Assembly: GCA_024402335.1 (NCBI GenBank)
Contig: JAKSTZ010000015.1
Location: forward strand, 2,597 to 66,596
Reading direction: 5' to 3'
Length of the DNA stretch: 64,000 bases
Source of the DNA: Bacteroidales bacterium
GTDB taxonomy: Bacteria; Bacteroidota; Bacteroidia; Bacteroidales; UBA1715
Shown one piece after another: positions 19,750 to 29,837 of the stretch (positions within the stretch are counted from its first letter, which is position 1; each line of letters opens with the position of its first letter). The notes under the pieces are model-generated. The model saw nothing but the letters and a program-made list of their open reading frames with translations, did no database searches and was not told the DNA's origin. Made by a program: the position numbers and the translations under genes.

Positions 19750-21551
19750 ACAAATAGTTTTGCAATTTCTTCTTTATAACGATTTTCAACAACACCACGT
19801 TTTACTTTCAACGTTGGAGTTAAGAAGCCGTTGTCCATTCCCCATGGTTCAGCAACAAGAGCGAATTTCTTAATTTGTTCTGTATCACCAAATTCTTTGT
19901 TAAATGTGTCGATTTCTTTTCTGAATTGAGCAAATACAGCTTTTTCTTTTATTATTTCAGCTGGAGAAGTATAAGTAATGCCATTTGCAGCACACCATGT
20001 TTTTACATATTCGAAGTTTGGCGAAATCACCGCACCTGCAAACTTTTGTCCTTCACCAACAACAACCATATTTTCAATAAATGGAGAAGTTGACATTCTT
20101 TCTTCGATAACTTGTGGGTTTACATATTTACCCATAGCTGTCTTGAACAATGATTTGATACGACCTGTCAATACCAATTGATTTCTTTCATTGAAATGAC
20201 CAAGGTCACCAGTATGGAACCAACCATCTTCGTCAATAACTTCGGCTGTTAATTCCGGAGCTTTGTAATATCCCATCATCACATTATGACCACGGCAGAT
20301 TACTTCACCCTTTTCGGAAATCTTAACCTCTGTACCTGCCAAACCTGGACCTACAGTTCCTGCTTCACGACCGAATTTATCACGAGTGTGAACCGCAACA
20401 ACCGGAGAAGTTTCAGTTAGACCATATCCTTCGAACAATGTCATTCCAATTGCATTGAAGAACGAAACCAAATTTGAAGGAATTGCAGCAGAACCAGATA
20501 CAACAACATCGAAGTCACCACCGATTCCTGCATAGATTTTATCAAATACTAATTTCTTTGCAATTGCATATTTGATTCCATAACCAAATGGACGATCAGA
20601 TTTTTCAATACGATATGCTTTGGCAACATCTACAGCCCAATAGAAAATCTTTTGAGAGAAACCTTTCATTTTCTTTCCATTGTCGTAGATTTTGTCATAG
20701 AATTTTTCCCATACACGAGGAACGCATGTCATCATTGTAGGACGAATTTCCTTGATATTTTCGGCGATAGTACCCAAGTTTTGAGCATAATAAACCGACA
20801 TTCCAAGATATTGATATAAATAAATCAACATTCTTTCGTACACGTGGCTCAATGGCAAGAAACTTAATGCACGAGTCGATGAAGCAGAAGGAATGGTCTT
20901 TAAGGCTTTTACCTGGCTAATCAAATTACAGTGAGCCAACATCACACCTTTAGGAGTACCTGTCGTACCTGATGTATACACAATTGTACAACAATCAGTA
21001 GGTTTTACAGCATCTTTACGACGTTGTAATTCTTCTGGATTAGGATTGTTTTTACCTAATTCAACCAATTGTTCAAAATAAGGATAATCTTTTCTGTCTT
21101 GGAATGTGTAGAAATGTTCAACATTAGGCAAATCGGCCTTAACTGCTGTGATTTTTTTCATTACCTCAGCGCCTTCCATTATCACTACCTTAGCCTCGCA
21201 GTGGTTCAAAATATAGCGATAATCATTTTCACTAATTGTTGGATATACAGGAACAAGAATTGCACCTATTTGTTGCACACCCATATCAATCATGTTCCAT
21301 TCAGGACGACTTGAAGAAATTAAAGCAACTTTATCACCAGCTTGTACACCTAAAGTCATTAATGCATAACTGATATTGCAAGCGCATTCTTTATATTCAT
21401 CTGGGCTATATGTCACCCATGAACCTGTATTTTTACCTCCTAACGCAATTTGTTGATGAGGATTATTTTCTTTATAACAATCAAGAAGATCGAAAACTCT
21501 TGTTACATCTTTAAATTTTGAGAAATCTCTCAATACATACTTATGTGCCAT
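19746..21551 (-). CDS. Long-chain fatty acid--CoA ligase (AMP-binding family)
   Basis: AMP-binding motifs IVYTSGTTGTPKGV and GWFHTGDLG, ending in LTPTLKVKR. ATG at 21551 preferred over the upstream GTG. Confidence 0.85.
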   Translation of the reverse strand: MAHKYVLRDFSKFKDVTRVFDLLDCYKENNPHQQIALGGKNTGSWVTYSPDEYKECACNISYALMTLGVQAGDKVALISSSRPEWNMIDMGVQQIGAILVPVYPTISENDYRYILNHCEAKVVIMEGAEVMKKITAVKADLPNVEHFYTFQDRKDYPYFEQLVELGKNNPNPEELQRRKDAVKPTDCCTIVYTSGTTGTPKGVMLAHCNLISQVKALKTIPSASSTRALSFLPLSHVYERMLIYLYQYLGMSVYYAQNLGTIAENIKEIRPTMMTCVPRVWEKFYDKIYDNGKKMKGFSQKIFYWAVDVAKAYRIEKSDRPFGYGIKYAIAKKLVFDKIYAGIGGDFDVVVSGSAAIPSNLVSFFNAIGMTLFEGYGLTETSPVVAVHTRDKFGREAGTVGPGLAGTEVKISEKGEVICRGHNVMMGYYKAPELTAEVIDEDGWFHTGDLGHFNERNQLVLTGRIKSLFKTAMGKYVNPQVIEERMSTSPFIENMVVVGEGQKFAGAVISPNFEYVKTWCAANGITYTSPAEIIKEKAVFAQFRKEIDTFNKEFGDTEQIKKFALVAEPWGMDNGFLTPTLKVKRGVVENRYKEEIAKLFV

Positions 21552-21634
21552 AACTGTTTTTTTATTTTGCACAAAAATTGTAGAAAAAAAGATTAGTACA
21601 AAATAAATGGTACACGCCTATAGTTAAATACACT

Positions 21635-21670
21635 AAAACGTCATTTTTGGAGTAAAAATGTCATTTTTGG
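21635..21670. repeat. Tandem direct repeat, GTCATTTTTGG twice with 20-nt spacing
   Basis: The 11-mer occurs exactly at 21640-21650 and 21660-21670, in the intergenic region upstream of the acyl-CoA ligase gene. Confidence 0.6.
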
Positions 21671-21730
21671 GGTGAAATTCCTATGTAAAATATCCACAAA
21701 ATGTAGAAAATTATCTACGAAAAGTGAATT

Positions 21731-22435
21731 TTACTCTGCTTCTTCAGGAAAATCTTCTATCGTTTTTGAGATACGAAACTGTATATAAGTAATAGGTTTT
21801 CCTTGTGTTAAATAATACGATTCGTAATGAGTTTTTACAGAAAGTACATCATTGCAATATGGTGAATTATACAAATCATCTGTCGCAATTAGAATTTCCT
21901 GATTATTATATTCCAACAATGCTTTTGTATAATCATACAATTCTTTACTGTCAGTTTTAAGATTCACGACAGCATTTGGTTTTAACATTCCCAAATACAT
22001 ATTCAAAAAACGAGGAGACGTAAGACGTTTTTTTGCTCTTTTCTCACGCAATTGTGGATCTGGGAAAGTAATCCAGATTTCATCAACCTCATCTTTTCCA
22101 AAAAATGAATCTATAAACTCAATACGTGTACGCAAAAAAGCTACATTATTCATAGATTCTTCCAAGGCTGTTTTTGCACCACGCCAAAAACGAGCACCTT
22201 TTATATCTATACCAATATAGTTTTTCTCAGGAAATTTCTTCGCAAGTGCAACCGTGTATTCTCCCTTACCACAACCAAGTTCCAATACTATTGGAGCATC
22301 ATTTTTCCAATATGACGTACGCCAAGCATTTTTCAAAGAATAATCCTTACGAAAAATTTCTTCGAAGTTTGGTTGTATCACATTAGGGAATACTTCATTA
22401 TCAGCAAATCGTTGTAATTTATTCTTTGCACTCAT
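21731..22435 (-). CDS. trmB: tRNA (guanine46-N7)-methyltransferase
   Basis: VLELGCGKGEYTVALAKKFPEKNYIGIDIKG and the C-terminal TrmB pattern. Start ATG at 22435 overlaps the gldH stop (TAATG). Confidence 0.9.
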   Translation of the reverse strand: MSAKNKLQRFADNEVFPNVIQPNFEEIFRKDYSLKNAWRTSYWKNDAPIVLELGCGKGEYTVALAKKFPEKNYIGIDIKGARFWRGAKTALEESMNNVAFLRTRIEFIDSFFGKDEVDEIWITFPDPQLREKRAKKRLTSPRFLNMYLGMLKPNAVVNLKTDSKELYDYTKALLEYNNQEILIATDDLYNSPYCNDVLSVKTHYESYYLTQGKPITYIQFRISKTIEDFPEEAE

Positions 22436-22917
22436 TATTTTTTTGCCATTGAAAGTGAAACAGATTGTAAACCAGCAACTCCACACGAACTATTTGTACA
22501 TCGCATAGCTTGCTCAAAAACAAACACATAACGACCTATTTGTGGAAATTTCACATTAGTTTTATATTGAAATTCATTAGAATAACCACTCCATCCCGAA
22601 CCTAACCATTCTCCATCTGGCGTAGCTAAAATAAAATCTATAGTATCGCGTACATATTCATTTGAAGGGAAAATGATGTCAGTAAACAAGTACAAATTCG
22701 AATATGGATATTCGTCATTGTTCACTATAGAAAAAGCAATGTCGTATGATTGAGTTGTATCATTTACATCAACATAAAAACGAACAACAGAATCCTTCAA
22801 CCATGTATTATCTGCAAAATCTATAGTTTCACGATATACTTGTTTGGAATTACAACCAACACAAGCACAAAGTACAACAACTACCAATCCTATGAAACTA
22901 AACAGTCTTGTTCTCAT
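22435..22917 (-). CDS. gldH: Gliding motility lipoprotein GldH
   Basis: Lipoprotein signal ...VLCACVGCN. EYPYSNLYLF and PDGEWLGSGWSGY are typical of GldH. The long upstream ORF extension was rejected. Confidence 0.8.
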   Translation of the reverse strand: MRTRLFSFIGLVVVVLCACVGCNSKQVYRETIDFADNTWLKDSVVRFYVDVNDTTQSYDIAFSIVNNDEYPYSNLYLFTDIIFPSNEYVRDTIDFILATPDGEWLGSGWSGYSNEFQYKTNVKFPQIGRYVFVFEQAMRCTNSSCGVAGLQSVSLSMAKK

Positions 22918-22951
22918 CGTTTCGAGGTTTCTGCTGATTTTGCTCTTTATT

Positions 22952-23182
22952 TTATTGATTTCCACCGCCATTATGTCTGTTATGATTTTTATGACGATTG
23001 TTCCTATTTTGACGTTGGTTATTATTTTGCTGATTTGTATTTTGTTGGTTATTATTCTGTTGGTTTTCAGCAGGTTGTTGATTATTTTGTTCTTGATTTT
23101 TTGGAGCAGAAGCATTCTGTTGGTTATTCTGACCTGCATTATTACCACCATTTGAATGCTTTTTCTTCTTCTTTTTCTTATC
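22952..23182 (-). repeat. Low-complexity coding repeat (K7 followed by about 65 aa of Q/N-rich sequence)
   Basis: Degenerate TTGTTGGTTATTATT-type repeats. Several frames are open on both strands here. Confidence 0.7.
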
Positions 23183-24286
23183 AAAACGTGTAAGACTTTC
23201 CTGACCTACAACATTTTCATAATCAGGAACATATTCTCTTTCAACCTCAGTGATTGCACCTTGTAGAGTTTCTGGTTTTATACCTTTACAATTTAACTCG
23301 ATTATCTCCTTAACTCTATCCACAGACAATTCAACAAATGTTGGAACATCATCTTTCTTGTACAAATAAGTCATGATACGTTTGTACACATCAGTTTTTG
23401 TATGATGCGCACGCCCTTCCTTAAACTCAAGCGCAATATTTGTTTCCGGAAAATCCTTTCGAGCATCCATATAACTTGCAAGCTCGAAATTCAAACAACA
23501 TTTCAATTTACCACATTGTCCTGCCATTTTTTGAGGATTCAACGAAACTTCCTGATAACGGGCAGCATTAGTTGAAACGGAAACAAAGTTTGAAATGAAT
23601 GAAGAACAGCACAAATCACGACCACACAAGCCAATACCACCAATTCTACCAGCTTCTTGTCGCACACCAATCTGACGCATTTCTATTCGAACCTTGAACT
23701 CCTCAGCGAAAACCTTTATCAATTCACGGAAGTCAACACGTTCATCTGCAATATAATAGAAAATAGCCTTAGTCTTATCACCTTGATATTCGACATCGCC
23801 AATTTTCATGTTCAATTTCAAATCCTTAGCAATCTGACGGGAACGAATCATCGTCTTGTGTTCCAAAGACTTAGCTTCTTTCCATTTTTCAATGTCTGCT
23901 TCTTTTGCCTTACGATAAATTTTAGGGAACGTATCTGGAACTTTTTTTCCATACACTTTTCGAATCTGTAGGTTTACCAATTCTCCCATTAGCGAAACCG
24001 TACCTACATCGTAACCCGATGCTGTTTCAACAGCAACAATATCACCAACCTCCAGCATTAGGCCAGAATCATTCACATAAAAATCCTTACGAGTATTCTT
24101 AAAACGAACCTCGACTAATTTCCGTGCATTTTCAGGCAATTCAATATTCGACATCCAATCATAGCAATACAGTTTTGCACTGCCACTTCTTTGTGCCGAT
24201 TTCTTAATCTGCTGCGCATATTGTTCCGTTTTCGAAACCGATGCACCTTCTTTTTTATCGTTATTTGAAATTGTATTCTGTTCCAT
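22952..24286 (-). CDS. PSP1 domain protein (YaaT/RicT-like) with a Lys run and a Q/N-rich C-terminal tail
   Basis: PSP1 core (GQCGKLKCCLNFE, Cys cluster LCGRDLCCSSF). Conserved position directly downstream of holB. ATG at 24286. Confidence 0.85.
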   Translation of the reverse strand: MEQNTISNNDKKEGASVSKTEQYAQQIKKSAQRSGSAKLYCYDWMSNIELPENARKLVEVRFKNTRKDFYVNDSGLMLEVGDIVAVETASGYDVGTVSLMGELVNLQIRKVYGKKVPDTFPKIYRKAKEADIEKWKEAKSLEHKTMIRSRQIAKDLKLNMKIGDVEYQGDKTKAIFYYIADERVDFRELIKVFAEEFKVRIEMRQIGVRQEAGRIGGIGLCGRDLCCSSFISNFVSVSTNAARYQEVSLNPQKMAGQCGKLKCCLNFELASYMDARKDFPETNIALEFKEGRAHHTKTDVYKRIMTYLYKKDDVPTFVELSVDRVKEIIELNCKGIKPETLQGAITEVEREYVPDYENVVGQESLTRFDKKKKKKKHSNGGNNAGQNNQQNASAPKNQEQNNQQPAENQQNNNQQNTNQQNNNQRQNRNNRHKNHNRHNGGGNQ

Positions 24287-24315
24287 TGTAATTAAAAGCA
24301 AACAAAATTAGAAAA

Positions 24316-25458
24316 TTATGCCCGTAACAAAACAATAATTTTCAAAAACATATCGAAAAATATAATATTCGCATTCCCATTACGAGAAATCTGATAATAA
24401 GCAGTATTAAATTCTTTTGTGAAACCAGCAACATTTCTCTCGTTTATAAACGGATGGAATTTTTCAGCAAAGTCACGTTCCTGATTATCCATATATAATA
24501 TTTCCTGAGTATTATAATTTCGAATAAAATTCTCACGAATCTCACGAAGACAAAACTGTAAAAATGATTTCTGTTTTTCCCTGCCAAGTGCAACAATATC
24601 CCCTAGCATTTTATTCATGGAAACAATATCTTTCTGGTAACCTAAACGCATCATCTGCTTGAACAGTTCCAAATACTCCACTGGAGAATCATCGGATTTT
24701 GCCATTGAAAATGCACGAATATAATTACCATTCGCATTTTTCACCAACGATTGTAAAGCATCGCCTTCGAGCATAAAATCGTCTTTGATCCTTTGAGAAA
24801 GACTTTCATCATCAATTTTAGGAACGGCAATTCGTTGTGTTCTCGAAATTATAGTAGGAAGCATAAAACGAGTATCTTCCGCAATCAACAAAAACAGCGT
24901 ACGAGGATTTGGCTCTTCAAGTATCTTTAAAATCTTATTGGCGCACGTTTCATTCATTTTCTCCGCCATCCAAATCACCATAACTTTGTACTTCGCACTA
25001 AAGTTACTATACGAAAGTTTACGGATAATACCTTTTACCTTTCCAGAATCATCACCAGCGGCCTCTGATTCGTAAATCATAGGCTGTTTTCCCGTCATAC
25101 CGATATATTCCATCCACCACTCCAAACTGATATATGGATTTTCGGAAAACAATTGGCGCCATTCCGGAAGATAATCATCACAACTAATTTTTGTTCCTTC
25201 TTTTACTATAGGGAAAACAAAATGTAAATCAGGATGTTGCAGTTTAGCAAAAGCCTTACAAGACGGACATTCACCACATGAATCCGTATCGGTAGGATGT
25301 TCACAATTCAGATATTGCGCATAGGCCAAAGCAAGCGGAAGTTTTCCCGAACCTTCCGGACCTGTAAACATATATGCATGGGCAACTCGATTAAGCGTTA
25401 CCGTTTCACGCAATTCATTTTTTATTTTTTCTTGTCCTATAACTTCACTAAACAACAT
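24316..25458 (-). CDS. holB: DNA polymerase III subunit delta'
   Basis: HAYMFTGPEGSGKLPLALAYAQYLNC and a Zn module CGECPSC; AAA+ clamp-loader layout. Confidence 0.85.
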   Translation of the reverse strand: MLFSEVIGQEKIKNELRETVTLNRVAHAYMFTGPEGSGKLPLALAYAQYLNCEHPTDTDSCGECPSCKAFAKLQHPDLHFVFPIVKEGTKISCDDYLPEWRQLFSENPYISLEWWMEYIGMTGKQPMIYESEAAGDDSGKVKGIIRKLSYSNFSAKYKVMVIWMAEKMNETCANKILKILEEPNPRTLFLLIAEDTRFMLPTIISRTQRIAVPKIDDESLSQRIKDDFMLEGDALQSLVKNANGNYIRAFSMAKSDDSPVEYLELFKQMMRLGYQKDIVSMNKMLGDIVALGREKQKSFLQFCLREIRENFIRNYNTQEILYMDNQERDFAEKFHPFINERNVAGFTKEFNTAYYQISRNGNANIIFFDMFLKIIVLLRA

Positions 25459-25463
25459 AACAA

Positions 25464-25949
25464 CTAAAATTTATAGCGAACACCAATGCGATACATAGGA
25501 TTTGTACGTGTAGCCCATGCTTCATCATACAATACATCATACAGTATCAGCGCATACGCTTCTGTTTTCGATGTGATTTCCGTAAAACCTCCCACTCCTA
25601 TTGGAAGAGCCTGTACAGTTGCCTTACTGCCTTCCGAAAACGACACATTGGCTATCTCATATTCTGCGTGAACAAATATATTAAAATCAAATCGATATTG
25701 GGCAAAAATTCGGCCTCCATACTTCTTCGACCAATAATTCGACGACAAATGGGAATTATACAAGAAGAATGGTGCCCCGCCTACAGTAAGATGTTCAAAC
25801 CAAGTATACGATCCCTCCGGCGCAACGTCAATAGTCAAATAATTATTTGTGATTCCAGCCCCGCACGTTCCTCCTAATTTGAATTGACTAAATGCAGTTT
25901 GTCCTAAAAAGAACATCGCTAGCAGAAAAAGTATCAGTTTTTTTAGCAT
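25464..25949 (-). CDS. Small outer-membrane beta-barrel protein (predicted)
   Basis: Signal peptide MLKKLILFLLAMFFLGQTAFSQ, alternating hydrophobic strands, C-terminal ...RIGVRYKF. ATG at 25949. Confidence 0.5.
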   Translation of the reverse strand: MLKKLILFLLAMFFLGQTAFSQFKLGGTCGAGITNNYLTIDVAPEGSYTWFEHLTVGGAPFFLYNSHLSSNYWSKKYGGRIFAQYRFDFNIFVHAEYEIANVSFSEGSKATVQALPIGVGGFTEITSKTEAYALILYDVLYDEAWATRTNPMYRIGVRYKF

Positions 25950-26004
25950 AAAAAAGTATATTTGTGCAACACGATAAAAGTAAATATTTTTTTTGAATCG
26001 GCGT

Positions 26005-27006
26005 ATGCAAAAGCAACTTGTTGGCAAAAACTACTCTTATTTATTTGATTTTGTTCTCCCCGAAGAGGAAGATCAAAAGGATAACGACACCGGCCTCGTA
26101 TTTCGTGGTATTTGCGAACAGACAAATTCCACAGTAGTCATTCGGTATCTTAACGACACGAAACTCGTTCGCAACCAACAACATCTGCAAGTAATACAAA
26201 ACATACTACTTTGCCTAAATCAAACACATCAAGGTATAGTAAAGACTTACGATTGCTGTATAGACGACGATGGTATTTATTTTATTCGTGAACAACTGAT
26301 AGGTATAGATCTGCACTCAGTTATTTTTAGTGGAGATTACCCACATCTACGAGAGCCTGCCTTTATTCTCCGTGTAGGTGAAAAAGTGTGCGAAATCCTT
26401 TCTACACTGCATGCGAACAAGATAGTACACCGACGAATCCAACCAAGTACTATTTTTCTTGTAGCCAACGAATTAGGGCAAATCGACATTGACAATCCGA
26501 CTGTTAAGATTCTTAACTTTGAATACGCACAAGTTAACGGGCAAAGCATACTCAATTTTGCCTCCATACCATACGCAATGTACTATTCCGCTCCGGAAAT
26601 GGTGCTGCAATGCGGGTTGTTAGTAAACGAATCGTGCGACATATATAGTACCGGTATCACATTATATGAAGCGTTCGCCAGAGAACATGCTTTTGTCTGC
26701 GACAAAGACGACAAGAATCTGATTCTCAACATGCAAATATCTTTTCCACTCAAAAAAAGTCATAGAACAAGCAAAGAAACATTTGCATTACTACAGAAAG
26801 CAACGGTAAAACATATATTCAGCACGCCACCAATGCGTTACAAACAGGACGCGCGACTAAAATTCTTATATAACGCCCAAGTACAAAGATTTAAATCGGC
26901 AGAAGAAATGCGTAATGCAATTCAAGTTTTAATTGAAAACGTGCAAAATCAAAAAAGTTCTTTGGAAAGATTCAAGGAATATTTTCAAAAGTTAATTAAT
27001 CATTGA
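26005..27006 (+). CDS. Hanks-type Ser/Thr kinase homolog, predicted catalytically dead (pseudokinase)
   Basis: Kinase fold landmarks are kept (SAPE, DIYSTGITLYE). The catalytic positions are changed: VAIK to VVIR, HRD.K..N to HRRIQPST, DFG to NFE. No Gly-rich loop. Confidence 0.6.
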   Translation: MQKQLVGKNYSYLFDFVLPEEEDQKDNDTGLVFRGICEQTNSTVVIRYLNDTKLVRNQQHLQVIQNILLCLNQTHQGIVKTYDCCIDDDGIYFIREQLIGIDLHSVIFSGDYPHLREPAFILRVGEKVCEILSTLHANKIVHRRIQPSTIFLVANELGQIDIDNPTVKILNFEYAQVNGQSILNFASIPYAMYYSAPEMVLQCGLLVNESCDIYSTGITLYEAFAREHAFVCDKDDKNLILNMQISFPLKKSHRTSKETFALLQKATVKHIFSTPPMRYKQDARLKFLYNAQVQRFKSAEEMRNAIQVLIENVQNQKSSLERFKEYFQKLINH

Positions 27007-27022
27007 CTATTACATTTTAAAT

Positions 27023-27053
27023 AATTGTCAATCGGCAATTATCAATTGTCAAT
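27023..27053. promoter_or_regulatory. Candidate operator: AATTGTCAAT twice, 21 bp apart, upstream of pgk
   Basis: Exact 10-mers at 27023-27032 and 27044-27053, each containing the palindrome ATTG-T-CAAT. They sit just upstream of a TATCTTTG -7 box. Confidence 0.3.
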
Positions 27054-27061
27054 TAATTTAC

Positions 27062-27069
27062 TATCTTTG
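27062..27069 (+). promoter_or_regulatory. -7 promoter box (TATCTTTG) for pgk
   Basis: TAnnTTTG match 41 nt upstream of the pgk ATG. Confidence 0.45.
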
Positions 27070-27109
27070 GGCATTAAAAAAAGTAAGTTTAACATAAACA
27101 TTATTAATA

Positions 27110-28381
27110 ATGCAAACTATTGACAACTACAAATTTGCTGGTAAAAAAGCAATCGTTCGCGTGGATTTCAACGTTCCACTAGAAAACGGTAAAGTAAAAG
27201 ACGACACTCGTATTATGGGTGCTCTTCCAACATTAAAGAAAGTTTTGGCTGACGGCGGTTCATTAATCATCATGAGCCACATGGGTAAACCAAAAGGCCA
27301 AGTTGTTGCTAAATATTCTCTAAGCCAAATAGTTGACGCTGTTGCTGAACGTCTTGGTGCTCCTGTAAAATTCGTAAACGACTGCCAAAAAGCTCAAGCA
27401 GAAGCTGCAGCTTTGAAACCAGGAGAAGTTCTATTATTGGAAAACCTTCGTTTCTACGGTGAAGAAGAAGGTAAACCACTAGGTATTGAAAAAGAAGATC
27501 CTGCATACGAAGCAGCTAAGAAAGAAATGAAAGCAAAACAAAAAGATTTCTCTAAAGTTTTGGCTTCATACGCTGACTGCTACATCAACGATGCATTCGG
27601 TACTGCTCACCGTAAACACGCTTCTACTGCAGTAATCGCAGACTACTTCAACGAAGACAGCAAAATGTTAGGTTACTTGATGGAAAAAGAAGTAAAAGCT
27701 GTTGACAACGTATTGAACAACATCAACCGTCCATTCGTTGCTATTATGGGTGGTTCAAAAGTATCAACTAAGATCGGTATCATCGAAAACTTGATGACTA
27801 AAGTTGACAAATTGATCCTTTGCGGTGGTATGACTTACACATTCGCAAAAGCAAACGGTGGTAAAGTTGGTTCTTCAATCTGCGAAGAAGATAAACTTGA
27901 TCTTGCTCTTAACATCCAAGAATTGGCAAAGAAAAACAACGTAGAATTAGTTCTTGGTACAGATTCAGTTGTAACAAACGCTTTCGACTTCGACACTATG
28001 TCTCTTAAAGCTGGTGCTCAAGTAAAAGTTTGTGCTTCAGGCGCTATCGAAGATGGTTTCGAAGGTTTGGATGCTGGACCAGAAAGCCAAAAGAAATTTG
28101 CTGACGCAATCAAAGGTGCAAAAACTATCCTTTGGAACGGTCCTGCAGGTGTATTCGAATGTGATGACTTCACAGCTGGTTCAAAAGCTATCGCTAACGC
28201 AATCGCTGCTGCTACAAAAGAAGGCGCTTTCTCTCTAATCGGTGGTGGTGACTCTGTTGCATGTATCAACAAATTCGGTTTAGCTGACCAAGTATCATAC
28301 ATCTCAACTGGTGGTGGTGCTTTACTTGAAGCAATCGAAGGAAAAGTTCTTCCAGGTGTTGCTGCTATCAAAGGCGAATAA
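27110..28381 (+). CDS. pgk: Phosphoglycerate kinase
   Basis: [17 protein letters not shown] and STGGGA motifs. Confidence 0.97.
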   Translation: MQTIDNYKFAGKKAIVRVDFNVPLENGKVKDDTRIMGALPTLKKVLADGGSLIIMSHMGKPKGQVVAKYSLSQIVDAVAERLGAPVKFVNDCQKAQAEAAALKPGEVLLLENLRFYGEEEGKPLGIEKEDPAYEAAKKEMKAKQKDFSKVLASYADCYINDAFGTAHRKHASTAVIADYFNEDSKMLGYLMEKEVKAVDNVLNNINRPFVAIMGGSKVSTKIGIIENLMTKVDKLILCGGMTYTFAKANGGKVGSSICEEDKLDLALNIQELAKKNNVELVLGTDSVVTNAFDFDTMSLKAGAQVKVCASGAIEDGFEGLDAGPESQKKFADAIKGAKTILWNGPAGVFECDDFTAGSKAIANAIAAATKEGAFSLIGGGDSVACINKFGLADQVSYISTGGGALLEAIEGKVLPGVAAIKGE

Positions 28382-28405
28382 TAATAGATAAACTATTATA
28401 CACGA

Positions 28406-28439
28406 AAGACTTCTCATACTATATGGGAAGTCTTTTTTT
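28406..28439 (+). terminator. Rho-independent terminator after pgk
   Basis: AAGACTTC / GAAGTCTT stem followed by a T run. Confidence 0.75.
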
Positions 28440-28532
28440 GTTTATATATAACACAAAATAATTTTCATAACCTCTTTATTCATTAGCAATTATCTTGTAT
28501 TTTTGCATAGAGTATTTCATACGAAACATAAG

Positions 28533-29768
28533 ATGGATAAGGAACAAATAAAACTTAATACTATAGAAGAAGCTCTTGCTGAGTTCAAACAAGGAAATTT
28601 CGTCATCGTTGTGGACGATGAAGACCGTGAAAACGAAGGCGACTTCATTATTGCTGCAGAAAAAATCACACCAGAGAAAGTGAATTTCATGATTTGCAAC
28701 GGTCGTGGTGAATTGTGCGCTCCTATTAGTGAAGACAGATGTAAAGAACTTGAACTTGACATGCAAGTTGCAACAAACACTTCTTTACACGAAACTCCTT
28801 TCACTGTTACAGTTGACTTGATTGGAAGTGGTTGCACAACAGGTGTTTCTATGTACGACAGAGCTATGACTATCCGTGCTCTTGCTGATCCAAACACAAA
28901 ACCTGCAGACCTTGCTCGTCCTGGACATATCCATCCACTACGTGCACGTAACCGTGGCGTTTTGAGACGCGCCGGACATACAGAAGCTGCTGTTGACCTT
29001 GCTCGTCTTGCCGGACTAAATCCTGCAGCCGCATTAATCGAGATAATCAACGAAGACGGAACAATGGCTCGTCTTCCACAACTGATAAAAATTGCAGAGA
29101 AATTCAACCTTAAAATTGTCAGCATCAAGGATTTAATTGCGTACCGTATGAAGCAAGAGTCTATAGTTGACAAAGGCGAAGAAGTTGATCTTCCTACAAA
29201 ATACGGTCATTTCCGATTGATTCCTTTCCGTCAGAAATCGAATGGTTTGGAACACGTTGCCTTAATCAAAGGTACTTGGGATAAAGATGAACCTGTACTT
29301 GTACGTATGCACTCTTCTTGTGCAACAGGCGATATTTTCGGTTCTATGCGTTGCGAATGTGGTGAGCAATTGCACAAAGCAATGGAAACCATCGACAAGG
29401 AAGGTAAAGGTGTTGTTGTTTACCTTAGTCAAGAAGGCCGTGGTATTGGCCTAATGAACAAAATTGCAGCCTACAAATTACAAGAAGAAGGCCTCGATAC
29501 TGTTGACGCTAATCTTCAACTTGGATTTGCCGCAGACGAACGTGATTACGGCGTTGGCGCAACAATTTTACACGAACTTGGCGTTTCTAACATACGATTA
29601 ATGACTAACAATCCAAAAAAACGTGCCGGATTGGAAGGTTACGGACTTAAGATTGTTGAAAATGTCGCAATTGAAGTTCCTGTAAATAAGTATAACGAGG
29701 TTTACATGCAAACCAAACGCGACAAAATGGGACATGTACTTAATCTCTGCGGAAGAAAGTCAAAATAG
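28533..29768 (+). CDS. ribBA: Bifunctional 3,4-dihydroxy-2-butanone-4-phosphate synthase / GTP cyclohydrolase II
   Basis: [10 protein letters not shown] (RibB) and the RibA Zn site ([20 protein letters not shown]). ATG at 28533. Confidence 0.95.
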   Translation: MDKEQIKLNTIEEALAEFKQGNFVIVVDDEDRENEGDFIIAAEKITPEKVNFMICNGRGELCAPISEDRCKELELDMQVATNTSLHETPFTVTVDLIGSGCTTGVSMYDRAMTIRALADPNTKPADLARPGHIHPLRARNRGVLRRAGHTEAAVDLARLAGLNPAAALIEIINEDGTMARLPQLIKIAEKFNLKIVSIKDLIAYRMKQESIVDKGEEVDLPTKYGHFRLIPFRQKSNGLEHVALIKGTWDKDEPVLVRMHSSCATGDIFGSMRCECGEQLHKAMETIDKEGKGVVVYLSQEGRGIGLMNKIAAYKLQEEGLDTVDANLQLGFAADERDYGVGATILHELGVSNIRLMTNNPKKRAGLEGYGLKIVENVAIEVPVNKYNEVYMQTKRDKMGHVLNLCGRKSK

Positions 29769-29837
29769 TGATTAATTATAAATGGTTAATGATTAATTGC
29801 GATTTAACAATAAACAAACTCTTAATTCATAACTTCC

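Noticed and set aside
22918-23184. Long N-terminal extension of the gldH ORF, and the plus-strand ORFs 22750-23193 and 22844-23155
   Set aside because: These are frame artefacts of the low-complexity repeat that encodes the PSP1 Q/N tail. The lipoprotein signal of GldH begins at the ATG at 22917.
28440-28532. Possible FMN riboswitch upstream of ribBA
   Set aside because: The roughly 90-nt leader is AT-rich. I could not find the conserved FMN-element segments (GGATAGTG..., CCGACGG-type), and it is too short for the aptamer.
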